A stretch of DNA of 24,609 bases from NCBI GenBank assembly GCA_035650075.1, contig DASRII010000474.1, positions 1-24,609 on the forward strand, given 5' to 3'. The notes below the pieces were generated by a model. That model was not told the origin of the DNA, did no database searches, and saw nothing but the letters and a program-made list of their open reading frames with translations. A program made the position numbers and the translations under genes. Origin of the DNA: Micromonosporaceae bacterium. Its GTDB lineage: Bacteria > Actinomycetota > Actinomycetes > Mycobacteriales > Micromonosporaceae. Of this stretch, positions 24,564 to 24,609 are shown one piece after another. How positions within the stretch are numbered: the first letter of the stretch is position 1; each line of letters starts with the position of its first letter.

Positions 24564-24609
24564 TCTTTTCAGTGGGTAAGCTCACGACATGCATGGCCGG
24601 CTGTACCCG

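Noticed and set aside
1-24609. tRNA or rRNA genes, CRISPR arrays, transposases/IS elements, integrases, toxin-antitoxin or defence-system genes.
   Set aside because: No T-psi-C-like GGTTCGAATCC motifs were found in intergenic regions, and no intergenic region is long enough for rRNA. The only repeats are the coding tandem repeats and the palindromes reported above. No recombinase-like or nuclease-like ORFs were seen.

Overview
This is a high-GC (about 70%) actinomycete chromosomal segment (Streptomyces, Micromonospora or Actinoplanes type) with two parts. Positions 1-9538 carry a LacI-linked carbohydrate-utilisation locus: Lpl-type sugar ABC permeases and a lipoprotein solute-binding protein, a GH39 beta-xylosidase, a YesL/DUF624 membrane protein, a GH42 beta-galactosidase, a LacI-family regulator, and a secreted PHB-depolymerase-type (CE1-like) esterase with a Pro/Thr/Ser linker and a CBM2 domain. 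Several of these genes overlap at their start and stop codons, which suggests translational coupling. From 9776 onward the window is conserved actinobacterial core: sucC and sucD, a block of small DUF4190 and CD225 membrane proteins around a PerM-like polytopic membrane protein, purN and purH, a pentapeptide-repeat protein whose start overlaps the purH stop, an AlkZ/YcaQ-like winged-helix protein, an orphan family-5 solute-binding lipoprotein, folD, mdh and a convergent flotillin-like SPFH protein. No rRNA, tRNA, CRISPR array or transposase was seen. The features worth a second look are: two AT-rich perfect palindromes inside the 3' end of lacI, just upstream of the esterase gene; a roughly 125-bp near-continuous palindrome with C5A and G5-6T tracts between mdh and the flotillin gene; a cluster of paralogous small membrane proteins with Pro/Gln/Tyr-rich tails; a 21-bp tandem repeat encoding PQYGQ heptads; and a cluster of CTAG tetramers upstream of the flotillin gene. 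Most of the long opposite-strand ORFs in the supplied track are GC-driven shadow ORFs and were rejected.
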